DNA of 64,000 nucleotides from Ruditapes philippinarum (taxonomy: Eukaryota). Every line of letters starts with the position of its first letter. Position 1 is the first letter of the stretch. Positions 1 to 14,300 of the stretch are shown one piece after another. The position numbers and the translations under genes are program-made. The DNA lies in NCBI RefSeq assembly GCF_026571515.1, contig NW_026860591.1, positions 1-64,000 of the forward strand. Reading direction: 5' to 3'. The notes under the pieces were generated by a model that worked only from the letters and a program-made list of their open reading frames with translations, made no database searches and was not told where the DNA came from.

Positions 1-1680
1 TAGTAAAGAGGAGGTGCATGGCTTTACTAGCCTGTTGGGCTACATGCTTTCTGGCTTTTAAAAAAGGTCCATTGCTAATTTCCATGTATTACAATAATCA
101 TGAAAGTAATTTAGATTCCTTTGAAAATCAACTTGGTTATTTGAGACGATGACAGTATATCGTCTGCATATAGCAAAAGCAAGCAAACGTTTAAGCCAGG
201 TTTCATCAGTAATAGGATCATTAAGCAATACTGCGGTGGCACCATTTGTTTCGAGGTATGTCTGTAAATCATTAAGGTAAAGTGAAAAAAGAACAGGGCT
301 TAAATTTTCCCGTTGACGAACCCCAACCTCAGATAAAAAGAACGGAGACTGTTCTCCATTATGCAAAACACACGACTTAATATTTTGGTACATATTGAAA
401 ATCACTTGGAAACATTTACCATTTACAGAGGTTTGAAGTAATTTGTGCCATAAACCATGTCTCCAAATTTTGTCAAAACACTGTGAAAAATCTATAAAAC
501 CACAAAAAAGTTTTTGTTTACGTTTTTTAAGAATCTCAATAAGTGCATGTAAAGTGAAAATATGATCAGAGCCAGAATAACCGCTTCGAATAATTGATAT
601 TTGGTTTCTTCAATCTCAAACATTCATCATCTTACCATGCAGCTTCATTAGAACTAAATTTGAATTTCATTCTCATACTGTACATTCGCCCGCTTCATAA
701 TATATCTGAGTCGATAATTGTATAAACTTATTAATGATGTTATTAAGCATTTGTGCTAAAATCCCATTTTCTCTTGAAAAAAGTTCGTAAAACTATTCAA
801 GAAACTTCATTGTCAGTAGTTATTTTTTCCGGCGAATAATTATCGTATTAGTACAGGTGTTTGTTTAATAAAACATATCTTTATATGTGTTCTTATCCTA
901 ATATCTAATTTACAGCAAAAAAAGAAAATGATCTGAATCATCTTTATCTTAGACTTTAAATATTTAACATACTGAAAAACATTTGTTGAAACAAACATAT
1001 AATCTACAACACTAACTCATATGTATATTCCCTTTAATATCAACATGGCACCTGCCATTTAATAAGTGAACATCAGATATGTAACAAAAGTTAACTAATT
1101 CTTTACAAAAAATATTCCCTCTAATACCATCTTTATTTTGACGTGGAATTTCAAAGTTACTACCTTCTATTATCAACATGGCCGAAAATATAATGAAAAT
1201 CATCGTAAAAATGAAATCTTTAAAATCTCGAGTCCTTTTGTTGAAATCACCGCACAAAAATTAAGTCAACTTCCGGATAATCAAGCTGAATTTTCTTCAT
1301 ACATTCGTAAAACACTATTTTTATCAATTATTATGTCTATAAAACACTTACTTCTCAGGTGGTATGTATGTAAAATATATAATGATATCGTTACAATGGT
1401 AAAATGTTAAAAAAAATCAACAGTACAATACAATTCTCATATTCTGAATAAATAAGATGAAATATGCCCTGTTGAAAATTATATTACTCATAAAACACTT
1501 ACGGCATGTGGTAACATTTCTGACATGATCAAAATGAGTATGTGAGCTTAAAAATATCGTATTAACCCTTACATTTACTCATAATTCCACATACTAGTAA
1601 GCAACTGAATCAATTTTGTCATAGTGTTTATTTAATCTGCCGATATTCAACGATAGTATTTTGATATTTACAGTTCCAGG
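1..1680 (-). mobile_element. Decayed LINE (CR1/L2-group) ORF2 remnant: APE endonuclease plus reverse transcriptase
   Basis: Minus-strand fragments: NIKILSLNI (~1670, APE start), CGDFNKRT (1012-1257), SDHIFTL..FIDFSQCFDKIW (~460-570), GVRQRENLSPVLFSLYLNDL (58-405). Many stops and frameshifts. Confidence 0.85.
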
Positions 1681-1774
1681 TGAGTGATAATTTGGTTTGC
1701 ATAGGCCACCCTGTTATTCTATTGTCGAATCAAAAAGAAACTCAGCCTCCGGCGTTTCTCTAGTAGAGGTTATA

Positions 1775-2200
1775 ATATGGGGCAAGTGTGCATTTAGTCC
1801 ATATTGGCACACTTGGTGACTTATTTGCCCGAGGGCTTTAGCCCCATGTAATGACCTGTTTATTGCATATGCTCCGCAGCAATTTTTCAGACTGGAATAA
1901 AATCAAGCAATAACTCAATTGTCCGTGTTCGATTATATTATCTAAATCCATCAAGCGATTCGCTTAAGATTTCAACGTCCTTTCGACGGCCATTTGTTTG
2001 CGCTGGGTTGTCAATAACGTAACTTGTATACGCGCGGACGTTCTGCCGTTACCGTACAACAGGGGCGTGATAAACGGAAATAACCTCAATATGGGATTTT
2101 GGCACACTTGGCAAGTGCGTCACTATGGCATATTGGCACACTTGCTCAAATTCGGGATTTTCGCATGTCATATTCAGAAAAAAGAAACGCATTTTTATTA
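1775..2200. mobile_element. Non-autonomous repeat with internal hairpin (GCCCGAGGGCTTTAGCCC core), possibly Crypton-derived
   Basis: Internal inverted/direct copies of CATATTGGCACACTTG and a central stem-loop motif resembling other hairpin elements in the window. Class is inferred. Confidence 0.35.
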
Positions 2201-2299
2201 CTAATTATAGTAACATATGCAGTAAGTTGATGTAATTTGCGTCTCAGGTCAGCTGAAACGTCACGTAGTTGTATTTCACTTCTCTCGGCTTGATTTGTT

Positions 2300-3100
2300 A
2301 CCATAGGGCTTGCGTTCCCTGTGATTTCTTGTTCATATTGTAATTGAGCACATATGATAGTTTGGCACGGATGGGACAGAATTATCACATAATCGGTGAT
2401 TAATGGGCGAACAATTGACGGAAATGAAAACAGAACAATTACGGATAAAATTATATTTTATGCAGAATTTTATATGTAAACATTTCAACTTGGACATAAT
2501 TTTCAACTTGGACATTTTCACTCTGGGCGTAATTTTTTGCTTAAACATTTTCCGTGCATAGAATTTTACATATAAGGCACCCAAGGCATAAATAGTTTCT
2601 TAATTTGCACTTACAGACATTGAAATCTTTAAGATTTTAAACCTACTGTACTTCTTACAGACCTATTTGTGCTAAAAAATGATATTTGACCAAGAAATAA
2701 AGTTGATTTTTAGAATTTACAGGTGTATTTTCTTTATGAATTTAGGCCTGTATCTTATGACAAATGCCATACGGATAGAAAAAACTACTTGAGCAGATCT
2801 GAAAAAGTCTTAGTCTAAAACTACAAATGTAGTAATTTAATGTGTAAAATATAAAATCATTCAGGTCCAAAATGCTTTAGTTATGTAGTTATTTTTCATA
2901 CAGTTTATTAAACTGTAATTATGTAGGATTTTAGGACAGTATAATAACTGAAATGATTATGTTTCTTGCTAACATTTCATAAATAGCATGTTAGTAGATC
3001 TTTTTTTTATTTCTTGCAAATTAAAATAATGTGAAACAAATTTGAAAAGGTCACAACTCATAGAACAATCTGTCGTTTTCTACTAGTTTTCAAATAATTG
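2300..3100. repeat. Dispersed repeat; second copy at ~25340-25870 continuing at ~32455-32590
   Basis: Shared blocks such as ACATTTCA.CTTGGA.A.AATTTTCAACTT, CCCAAGGCATAA, GATATTTGACCAAGAAATA and AAATGATTA.GTTTCTTGCT. Confidence 0.7.
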
Positions 3101-3399
3101 TAAAAAGCAAAGTGATTAATTCAAAGAAAACCGGTACCTACAAAAACATGCTGCTAGAAATAGAACTGTGTTATAGTAATGTAGAATGTTCTATTCTGTG
3201 TTTAGAGTAAATGTTATGTTTCAAATTTTGTGATATTTGTGAAAATATAATGACTTTTTTATGCGATACATTATGTTTTTGTCGAGAAATATGTGAATAT
3301 CATGGTTAACCCGTTAAAATTCCTCTCTAAAAATTCTGCCCTCGATTCAGCTTAAGAATTCCATCCGGACTTTGTTTCCATCCATTTTTAATTGTTGTA

Positions 3400-4826
3400 A
3401 TATATGGGGGAAAGAGAACAAAAAATATATAAATGCCAAATATACAAAATACAAACACGAATTTGCAAAATTATTCTAGACCCTCCAATGAGAACACGAT
3501 CAGAAAATTTATACAAAAGATTAAAAATATTGCCTTTCAAGAAAAGATATATTTTTCACACCGGTGTCCAAGTATATAAAGCACTGAATAATATGTCCCC
3601 TCAATATATCCGAGACTTACTTACCATATCAAATAATCAAAAGTATAATCTAAGATCGATATCTCACGGAAATTTAATTTCGTCTTACAAACCACGTACT
3701 AATTATTTTTATGACGCATTCCAATTTAATGCCATGGTTATTTGGAATTCCATACCACTGACTATAAGAAGAAAAACAAAACTGTCAATATTTAAGAATA
3801 GTTTCAAGAAATACTTATTTAATCAACTTTAGCACGGTCCATGTGTATTATATATACAAGATACGCTCTTTATATTCATACATGTGTTTTTTTATTATTA
3901 TGTTTTCTAATAATGGGTGCCTTAGCCAAAGCTTAGTTTCAAGTTTTTTTGACTGTGTTAATTTTGTTAATTTGGTAAGTTAATTTTACTTTTTAAATTG
4001 CAGATTAAAATGATGCACTGATGAAAGTTTTATGTTTAATGATAAATAAAATGAATTGTATGAATGTTCAGTATATGTGTTAAGATATATGTTAAAATTG
4101 TGATAACCATTTAATCATTTCTTTTACATGATATATTTTCTTTGATTGATATCTGTTCCTTTGGGTGTTTGTTTTTATTTTTATTTTTTATTTTAGAAGG
4201 CTGCATTGTAAATCATCGTCGGATACCCACGATTGATAAACATGTCACATAACATGCAATCAGCCGTGGGTAAAATGAATCGATTTGCGTCGATATACAG
4301 CAACAGGTGCGTAAAATATCTACCAATGACATCGCGTTTAACAAATCTATATTCTTCAACAGCGGAGGTAAAAAACATAAGAAACAAAATGGCAGCGCCC
4401 ACGGTTAAAAACTGTTGTACGTGTCTTGCTAAAATCAATGGCAAAAACTATCGCCAAATCAGTTCTTCTGCAAGCAGATATCAATCAGAAAGGAAAACAT
4501 CACGCTGTAAAAGTAAATAATCTATACTTTCTACTGGAAATCGTTTAATTTTTCGATGTTGAACCTTTCACGTCGTCTATGGTTGTCGCAATATTGTCTG
4601 TAATACCGAACGTCGTACAGAACGAGCGTTTTGATTGGTTTTAATCGCCTCATGAAATCGTGAGGCAGCCAATGAAATAGCTGCCTTTGACACACCTCTA
4701 ATCGACTGAATATCGGCAAAAAATTCCCACGGCTATCCGACGATGTTGTTAATAAGATGTTGCAATCTGTATATGTCTTAATGTGTTACCTTCGGTAAAT
4801 AAAGTAATTATTATTATTATTATTAT
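3400..4826 (+). mobile_element. 5'-truncated LINE (L2/CR1-group): ORF2 C-terminus, 3' UTR and (TTA)n tail
   Basis: ORF 3404-3832 (VYKALNNMSPQYI..YNLRS..PRTNY..IWNSIP..IR..FKNSFKKYL) is typical of the ORF2 C-terminus. Ends in AATAAAG plus (TTA)n at ~4798-4826. Confidence 0.8.
4214..4745. mobile_element. Non-autonomous TIR element (hAT- or P-type) inserted in the LINE 3' end
   Basis: TIRs CATCGTCGGATACCC / GGCTATCCGACGATG; 8-bp TSD TTGTAAAT (4206-4213) / TTGTTAAT (4746-4753); internal MAAPTVKNCCTC..KNYR remnant. Confidence 0.8.
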
Positions 4827-5900
4827 CATAATAAGGATTCCGATCCAAAATTTCAAACTCATTTGCATGTTTCGTCCCAATTCCGCCCTTTTTCCACCTG
4901 GATTCCACCCAGATTCCGTGCTAAAAGTAAATGTTTTATCACTTGTATAGTTGGAAAGGAATTTAAATTTCTAGGCAGAATTTGATCATTCCACTCCATT
5001 TTCGAACAGGCGTGTTTGTATACCTCGCTGTCTGTTGCCAACAAAAACAATACATATGTTATGATTTATCCTTAATCTATATATATATATATATAAAAGG
5101 AGTCATTATCATATAGTTTGTCGTATCGAAGTACGCGCATATTGGCCTTTTTGCATCAATAATTTGTCTGTGACATTTAATTCTGTCACTTTAATATAGT
5201 ACTGATTGATCACGTGTACTTTTATACACACTATTGACTCTGTAAATAATTGTGTGTGTATATATACATCCTTAAGTGTACAAATGTATCATTTCATTTT
5301 CATTGCGAGTCACAATTATAGCATAATTTGCTTATTTTGAGTCAAGTTATGGTCTTAATCTTTCTATTGCATTCATATTAGGTTTCATTATTGTAATTCG
5401 TTGTTATGTTCTATTCTAATCACTGTTTTTCCCAATGTGGTTAGTGATCCACTGTGTCACTTTTCTGGCAGATTAAGCTGATATTTTGTCTGACAAGCGC
5501 GATTTTATAAATACTTTGGACGGACAGAAATCAATTATATTCCAATTTTGACGTGCATATTAAGAACCCATTTAAAGACAAGTAAAACTGAAAAGAATCT
5601 GACAGCTGTGATTCAACAATCAAACTTGGCAGGATGTAAGAATGAAAACAAACCACAAAAAGTGCGCAAATTATATGAAAAATATTTTCGAAAGGTTTAA
5701 ATGATATGAAGTTGACAGCTTTCATTTTGTCAGTATCCTCCTTAAAATAGAGTACAATAACTGCCAGTTTACGCTTTGAAAAGGATAGATTTGTGCATAA
5801 GAGTAATATGATTTTTCTGAAACAAATTGATGAATACATATTTAGTATAATAATTCTTCAAAATATTAAATATATGGTCTGTTGAAGACCTATATGTCAT

Positions 5901-6691
5901 TTATTTATCTTCAAACATATGAATGAAACGCTCGGTCGTATACTTTTTCATGACATAGAAAATATGCTCGTTTTCAGAATGATGAGCATATATTTCTTCT
6001 TCTGCTATCCGTGATCCATACATATGCAGAATACCTCCACCAGTAGGCACATTTCGATTGCCCTCATTAGGCACAATACCACTTGAAGAGGCCTGTAGTT
6101 TTGGGTAATGAGCAAGTGCTCTACGTTCTGCCGTTTCCTCAAGTTTGCTATCAGGAGCTCCACGTTCTCTATCCTTATATGGAACCATTTCATTGGAAGA
6201 TATGTGTTGTTCTGAGTCATGATATGCTCTTTTCTTTACCCCGGTTTTGCCCCTTACCCGGCCATGAGAAGCAACACGTCCATCACCCTTATGTGAAACT
6301 AATGTACTAGAAGATGCACATGGTCTTGAGTCATTCAGTTCCGTCTTTTGTGCCCTAACTCTGCCACCAACTTCACCATAAGGAGCAACGCGTACTTCAG
6401 TTACAGTCGGAAGGATATCACTGGATGGTCTCTGCTGTACCACAACCCTGTTACCAATTTCGCCATGGGAAGGATCATGTCTACCATCTTTACACGAAAC
6501 CATGCCGTCTGAAAATTTGTTTTGTTGTGAATAATGAATATCTGATCTCGCTGTAACCTTTGCTTTTGCTACGGCACCAACTTTGTTTGACCGATAACGA
6601 TTGTAGGTCAGTCGGTGAAGTTTATTGGTCAGACGTTTACCACCATCCATCCCAGATGCACGTGCGGGAGGGACGACATGTGTTACATGAT
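5901..6691 (-). CDS. Claudin/PMP22-like tetraspan gene, coding exon 4 (long cytoplasmic tail with degenerate repeats)
   Basis: Acceptor TTTTTTCAG|AT at 6692. Phase 1 matches exon 3. Open to TAA at 5901. Confidence 0.7.
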
Positions 6692-7802
6692 CTGAAAAAA
6701 TAGCTTCAATAAAAGAATCTGCGAATTTATTTGTAGTTAAAAAGCTGTACATTTGACAGTTGGTTGTTGAGGGTTTTATGAATCAAAGGCGCAAAAACTT
6801 TCAGGAATTGTGTAACATATTTTTGCAGAATGTACATTGTACTTCGGTAATTATCTTTATTTGCAGTATTTCTTAATTCAAAAAGACACTTGTATTGGAA
6901 TACATTTAAAACAACTAGATTTTGATAGATTCAGTCTATTAATAAGGCAATACAATTAATTGATTGCGTGTATATGGGCTTTATTTCAAAATAAATTAAG
7001 ACATTTTTCAGAAATATATGGAAATTTGGAGTTTTTTTTATCAGTGTAACGGAACTTATTTATTCACATCAAATTTAATCAATAAATGTATAAAATCATA
7101 AATCGGCTACCTATTTGTTACACATATTAGGTGTCTGTGCCAGGGGGTATGGACCCTACCTTACAATTTCAATCAAACCAAATCCCTCAACATTTTGAAT
7201 TTTGTCGTGTTGGGCTTTCTGAGATTTTGTTTTTTCTTTTCATGATCCATATATTTTGAAAAATCAACCAACACTTTACGCGGAATGAATTTGATCAGCA
7301 TTAAAACTAAACAGCACAAACTGTTGTGTGACTAATTAGTTAAAATGGTTTCATTTAAGCTTACATTTATAACGTGGCATAATTATTTCTAATATAATAC
7401 ACGCATATATTTTGTGTTCATTTTGTGCCTAACTCGTTATGTAACCAGTTTATTATTGTAATAACATAACTATTCCTTAAATTTATATGGTTAACGCGAA
7501 AAGCTACATGTTGTTAATTGCTTACTTTCTTACTACATACTATTTGATAGTTGTCTATGGACAAACGTCATTACGGAAACAAAGATGTTGAAAAATAATC
7601 AAGCATTATAATTTACACGGCGTTATCGTCATATGTGTCGTGATATAATACATTCATTTTAATGTATATCCTTTTTTGACTATATAAGTAAAAAATAACG
7701 AAAAAGTTGATTTTGTCAAAAAAATACATGTTAACAAACAATATTTAAACCGGCACATTACATTACATTGTGTACACATGACACATTTATTCTAACACCT
7801 AC

Positions 7803-7970
7803 CTTCTTGACATTTCTTGACAGCCTTCTTTACAGAATAACATATAGTCGCAGTCGATATGACAAACAAGAACAGGCAGACGGGAGTGAGGCAGAGAATT
7901 AGAGACCAGCCAAGCTCAGATGTGGAATAATTTTCGGCAATGAGCAAACATCCGATGAAACTGAACAAAC
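7803..7970 (-). CDS. Claudin/PMP22-like gene, coding exon 3 (end of TM3, ECL2, TM4: GLFSFIGCLLIAENYSTSELGWSLILCLTPVCLFLFVISTATICYSVKKAVKKCQE)
   Basis: AG/GT flanks, 168 nt, phase 1-1; LGWS.IL motif typical of TM4; conserved in the duplicate at ~36740-36910. Confidence 0.8.
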
Positions 7971-8378
7971 CTTAAATGTATTTTAGAAAGTATATAGAAA
8001 ATAAATGGACATGAATAAAATAATCATCTGAAAGAAACGCACGGCGGATAAACGATATCACTTTCTTGCAAGCCTAAAAGATGAAAGTGACATTACGTTC
8101 ATTGTTTCATTGTCATAAGAGGCTGAATCGGTTCTATATTTCTGTAGATTTACTGTTATAACAGTTGATATTAAAAATTATACATTAAATGTAAATCTGA
8201 GTAAATATAAGAAAGTCTCTTTTTTTAGCGTTACAGGTTAATTCCGATGGATATTTACATTAATTTCATTGAGACACGTGAAAAATTATATTGTTCATGC
8301 GAAGTATATCATAAACTTGACAGGAATTATGGCAATATGTTGGCTATTTTATGAAAATAAGTCAACACTTTTGATTAC

Positions 8379-8540
8379 CTGCCACAGGGAACATAATCAA
8401 GCAGCACCACCCAATATAACCACAACACCCCATATCGTCATATCCTTTTTTAGAAAACGTGTTAACGCAAGTTCCAAATACAGCCAAGAACATCATAACA
8501 AAGGAGAATACTTCAAGTCCGAGCGCTCGTGCATCTAATT
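8379..8540 (-). CDS. Claudin/PMP22-like gene, coding exon 2 (TM2-TM3: ELDARALGLEVFSFVMMFLAVFGTC..GYIGWCCLIMFPVA)
   Basis: TTTTCAG acceptor, GTAATC donor, 162 nt, phase 1-1, two hydrophobic segments. Confidence 0.8.
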
Positions 8541-8840
8541 CTGAAAAGATTTAATGAAACAGGCATCATCATTATGTCCTCTTGTTAGTCTGTGTTTCGC
8601 TAGATAAAGTCATTTTAAAATATAAACCTTTAGGTTGTTTTTTCTCTATCAAAGATAGCGTATAATTGCTGGATTTTTGTTCGGTAAGGGGACAAATCGC
8701 CTGCTTATGTCGACATTTGTTCTTGCATGGGGAACAAGTAATACTAGTCAAAACTCATGCGCACAAAAATATAGTTAAGAGCCATTTCATTATTCAAAAA
8801 ATTGCAAAACAAAAAAAAAAAAAATGTTGGAAGCAAATCT

Positions 8841-9248
8841 TTATAACATATTTTTATGTCCTTACATAAAAAATTACGCTACATCAATTATATCTTATTA
8901 TCACACACCCGTGCCGATTTTGCGACTCCGTAAATATGGTATTGCACGGCCGTGCATATATTTTGACGTGACGTCATTAGCGTTATACAAACATAGTGTA
9001 AAGACGCGTTAAATGTTAACGTTATACTATAGGCGCGTCAATGAAAAATGACTTTTATTTCACTTTAACGGTCTTTATTTTGGGTATGTGATAAATAGAA
9101 TATTAAATTCGTGTAAGTTCATTACTGAATTTATTGCACTCGTTGAATAAAATAATATTATGCTCGCCAGAGGCTCGCATAATATAACATTATTCAACTC
9201 ATGCAATAAATTCAGTATTAAACTTACACTCATTCAATATCCTCTATT
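8841..9248. mobile_element. Non-autonomous element with ~150-bp subterminal hairpin (Crypton-like by inference)
   Basis: Inverted repeat ~9095-9248 centred on ATGCTCGCCAGAGGCTCGCAT; absent from the paralogous intron near 37950. Confidence 0.6.
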
Positions 9249-9485
9249 TCTAGGACGTTTGAATCATATGTCTATTGCTTAACTAATAAGTATTGCTACT
9301 GATATGCATAGTAGAGATGCGTGACATGTAGAATAGAAACACACTGTAATATCATAGACCTATATTCGCCCCCTCCGGAGTTTAAATTACGACAACGTCA
9401 AAGTTACATTCATTGCATTTAACTTTTAATGAATTTTCAGATTGAGAAAAGATGAACATAAAATAGATTCTTTGTTTATGCGTAG

Positions 9486-10153
9486 TGTTACGAGCCAGGC
9501 GTAACTAGAAAGAAAAGCCAGCAACAAACTTGTAACAATAACAAATTTATTACAGAAAAATTATTAAAGAAAAATAAAATAACAAATTATGTTAACAAAT
9601 ACCTGAAGTCCAAATGAAAATGAAAAATTACAAATGTCTAGTCTGATCCTGGAATGATCCTTTTTAATAGCACAGTTAAATCCAAGTTAAATCCAAGAAC
9701 ACTTTAGAATAAATTCCCACAATAAAATCCACAAGAATAATTTATTTTAAAATCCAAGCTCCAATAATTCACTTAATATCCAAGTTGAATAATACTCCAA
9801 ATATATTGATTTCTTAAAAGGTAACTGATGACTTAATAGATCACTGATGACTTAAAAGGTAACTGATGACTTAAAGAGGTAAAGGTAATGAAAAATGTCA
9901 ATCTATATATATTAACTAAGAAGTTTCTAGAATAGTCTTCCATTTACTACAGTAATCATAATCTAGCAACTTCACCAATAAAGATCATTCCAGAAGTTTC
10001 TATCTAAATATAATGCATGAGTTTTCTACAATAGTTAAGAACCTTCTAGTACATACATGTAGTTTATGTTCTAAAAATAGAACAATGATAATATTGGAAA
10101 AACCAACTGGTCAGATACAAACTATATACATGTAATATGTTGCATACATAACA
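9486..10153 (-). mobile_element. Solo LTR (Ty3/Gypsy-like)
   Basis: TGTTA...TAACA termini; 4-bp TSD GTAG (9482-9485 and 10154-10157); TATA-like ~9905 and AATAAA ~9550 on the minus strand; empty site visible in the paralog at ~38200-38240. Confidence 0.85.
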
Positions 10154-11354
10154 GTAGAAAGCACCATTTTCCGAAACAATCGCACATGGCGCTAATGAAA
10201 AACTGGCCGCATCTCGTTCAGCAATTCATTCTTCTTAATCAATTCTAAATATTTTAGCTGAAAAAAACATCATTTTGTAGAGCTCAAAGTGACAAACTTA
10301 TTGATATGTTTGACTTGCTGATTCACGATGTGACTGTAAGAATTTGGAGGGTTATTACATCTCGTTAAACTCTTGCGCTTGCCACTAGTAAAAAACCTGT
10401 CCATCGGTAGCATGTGCGCTTGCCGATGCAGCGATTTTTTTCATTTTATATATCAACATCTCAAGTTTCGTTATAGGTACATGTAATATATATTCAGGTG
10501 AGTGATGTTGTTGGTAAGCCGGAGTATTGGCTTAAAGGCTATATAAGTAATTATTGTTTAACGAAACAAATGCGGCCAGGATTATAGGTGTACGTCGCTG
10601 CAGTCATTTGTTCTTTTTGAATATAAAATCACTCATGTAAAAGATACCATTTGCCCGAGCCCATTGTGACCTACCCATCCGTCGGACTTTATTACGAATT
10701 GGATGTTGCAATAGTTTTGGTCTGATTTACGTAATGGCTATCCGCAATATACATGCATGATATACAGTGCTTCACTAGTGTATGAATACTAGGTAATTTT
10801 ATAATTTAACTTCTCAAATCTATGTTGAGCTATCCGTTTTTAAGTTTTGATGCAGATTAGCTAGTTCAGTAGCTTTGTCAATTCTGTTAACGATAAAAGT
10901 ATGTTTGTATAAGCACCTGGTGCTTACATAAAACGGGATAACTGGATGAAATTAGCTTCAGACGTTGTGGCGCTTATTTTTTCTGTATATAAATTGAAAT
11001 AGCACAATTCCTTGCATCGGTTTTTTCTTTCATTAATCAGATTCGATAGCTTGGATAATCTTCTTTATATTAATATCGCGCTAGCCCGAGAACCCTGGCT
11101 CTCACGATTTACCAACATAGCATACTTATTTGTTTTATCACCAGGAGTCCACTACGATGCGGAACCTCAAATAGTAGAACAGAACAGAACAGAATTTTAT
11201 TTACAGACTTATACATAGGTACATCGTCTTGTTTAACAAAAGATTTGATTAAACATAGTCACATGGCATACGAAAACATACAAATTATAAACATTCTTAA
11301 ATAAATAAACAATGATTAAAGAGGACAAACTTTATGCAAGATGATAATTACAAA

Positions 11355-14300
11355 TCAGTTTTGTTGAGAGTTAATGATTGCGTTTCTCAACGATAAAGAT
11401 TCATGGATATATTTAGATAACTTAATTAAAATACTTTTATTTTGCGTTGAAAGTAGATCTATAAATTTAAACACAGATGGTCTAACATAATAACATTTTT
11501 TAAGATACTGCATTCGAAAACTATTAAAACAAGGGCATACACATATAAAATGGTATTCATCTTCTATGTCAAATGTATTACAACATAAACAATATCGTTG
11601 ATCACGAGGTGTATTATTCCTATTGTATCTCCCAGTCTGTATTCTTAAAGGATGTACAGATAATCTTAATCTACAAAAATAATATCTATATTTACGAGGC
11701 AGAATATCAAGATAACTTTCATAACTAAAATTAAGCTTAAAATTCTTGTAATTAAACAAAACTGGGCTACGTTCTAACGTAGCTGTCCATTCTTGAATAA
11801 AAGTGTCTATAACTCTGCGTTTAAAAATGATAGGGAACACTTTTGCATCAACGCAATTTTCATTAAAAATTTCAGCAAAACCATAATTACAGAGTAGTTT
11901 TTTAACATTTGAAACCCAATTGCGGTGTCCTTTATTACAATCCAATAAACCATCTTCATACATAGTTTTTAAAACAATATTATCAGTGTTTTTCAACTTA
12001 CACCAAAACTTGACAATTCTAACGTAACGAGTCACATACAGCGGATAACGCCCCAACTCACCATAAACTGCAGCAGAACAAGTATTTGCTCTAACATTAA
12101 GCAAACGTTTACAAAATTTTAAGTGGATTCTTTCCAATTCTTTAGATTTCGTGTATCCCCAAATTTCAGACCCGTATCCTAAAATAGACCCAATGAAAGC
12201 ATCAAATAATTGACATAATATTTTAGGTTTGAGATCAAACTTTTTACAATTATAAAACAAAACATTAAGAGCTTTTAAAGCTTTCCCTACCAAGTGTTCT
12301 TGGTTAAGCGAAAAATTACCTGTATAATTAAAAACAGTACCTAAATAATTAAAATCATTCACAACTTCTAAAATTTGGCCATCATAGGTCCAGTTCTCAT
12401 TTTGTAATAACCCCCCTCGTTTTCGAAAAACCATTACTTTTGTTTTGCTTGTATTTACTTTTAATCCCCATGTAGAGCAATATGAATGTAAAAAGATCCA
12501 AATGGTTTTGCAGTTCCAATGGTGACTTGCCTAAGATGGCCATATCGTCAGCAAATAACAATAAAATCAAAATAACATCATCAAATGACAGTCCTGATTC
12601 TTGACCAGTTTGCAAATATAGCTCTAAATCCTCTACAAAGAGAGAGAATAAAATTGGTGAAATTACCTCCCCTTGACGTAATCCAATAGCATAATAAAAA
12701 TAATCAGAATAATTCGAACAAGATTTGACACAAGATTTAACTTTTTGATACATGTCTCTTATAATTCGCAGCAATTTACCTTTTATTCCTAATTTATACA
12801 TTTTCAGCCATAATGCATTTCTATATATACTGTCAAAACATTTCATCATATCGACAAAAAACAACATATAAACGTTTATTTTCATTAACAAATTTTTGAA
12901 TTAATGACATAAGAACAAAAATTGCATCGGTAGTAGAACGCCCTTTACGGAAACCAAATTGTGCATCTGATATGATATTGTTACTTTCACAAAAGGATTC
13001 TATTCTAACATTAAGTACAGTGGTAAATAATTTTGACAAACAACTAACTAATGTTATGCCTCTATAGTTATTGACGTCATCAGTACGCCCCTTCTTATGA
13101 AGAGGGATAATAATTCCCTCTGTCCATTGTTCTGGATAAAAACCAGAGTTTAACACAACATTAAATATATCACATATATGGGCACCTAAAATATCGATGC
13201 TTTCTATGAAGTATTCATTCATTAAACAATCGCTACCTAATGATTTTCCACGTTTTAACATTTTTACGGCATTTTGAACTTCATTTAAAGTAATTGGTTT
13301 ATCTAACTCATCATACTCAGTATTTATCTCATTAAAAGAATAATCTTCACAAAAATTTTCAGCCTCAATATTGTTACAATTTGATATATCATTACTTAAC
13401 TTAGCAAAATATTCTTTAAATATATCTATTGGAATATTGCTATTGTCTGCAGACGACTTATTTTTAAAATATTTCCAAAACTGCTTCGGTTTACTTTTTT
13501 TTAAATTCTCTATATCGGACATCTTTTTACAATAATATATTCTTTTCTTTTTACGAATAATACTTTTATATTCCGTTTTATATTTACACAGATTTATTCT
13601 ATTGATATCATTATTATTTCTATTAAAAACCCTTAAAGCATCTAAATACAAAGTTCTAGCATTGATACATTCTCTATCAAACCAGTCAGAGTTATCTATA
13701 CACGAGCTATCACTAAAATAGACGTCATTGTTAAAAGTACGACATTTACTAAATAATGGATCTGCTACATTGCGTAACACAGATGTAAAACTATTTAAAA
13801 CACTATTTACACAGTCACGGTTGGACAAATCAATATTATCAATAATTCTGTTAAACTCAGGCAATTTTGCAATAAGACCACTGCGAAATTCATTTCTACG
13901 GTCACTATTCCATTTAAACATAATTTCTTGACTTTTTTCGCACTTTTTTGAATACTTTTTACAAGATATTGAAAAAACATAAAGGTGTATGGTCACTCCA
14001 TTCATTTGTAGACTGAATGGTAAAATTTTGTATGGATGAAAAGTTACGCTCACTGGTTAATAAATAATCAATCACCGATGCGCCTCTGGGTGAGACGTAC
14101 GTATATTTACATGTCTCGCCAATTCTACCGTTAACTATTCGTAGACATGAAGATTTGCATAGATCAAGGAGTTTCATACCTTGACTGTTACTAATTTTGT
14201 CTACAGAGGCCCGGAAAAGGTGTTCATCAGGAATATAGTCATAATCGTCTGTATATGAATTTAAACAATCGTGTGTAATAAAATCATGCTTATTACCAAC

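Noticed and set aside
5075-5500. Helitron 5' end (TCTATATATATAAAA)
   Set aside because: No matching 3' hairpin plus CTAG was found; it may be a simple (TA)n run.
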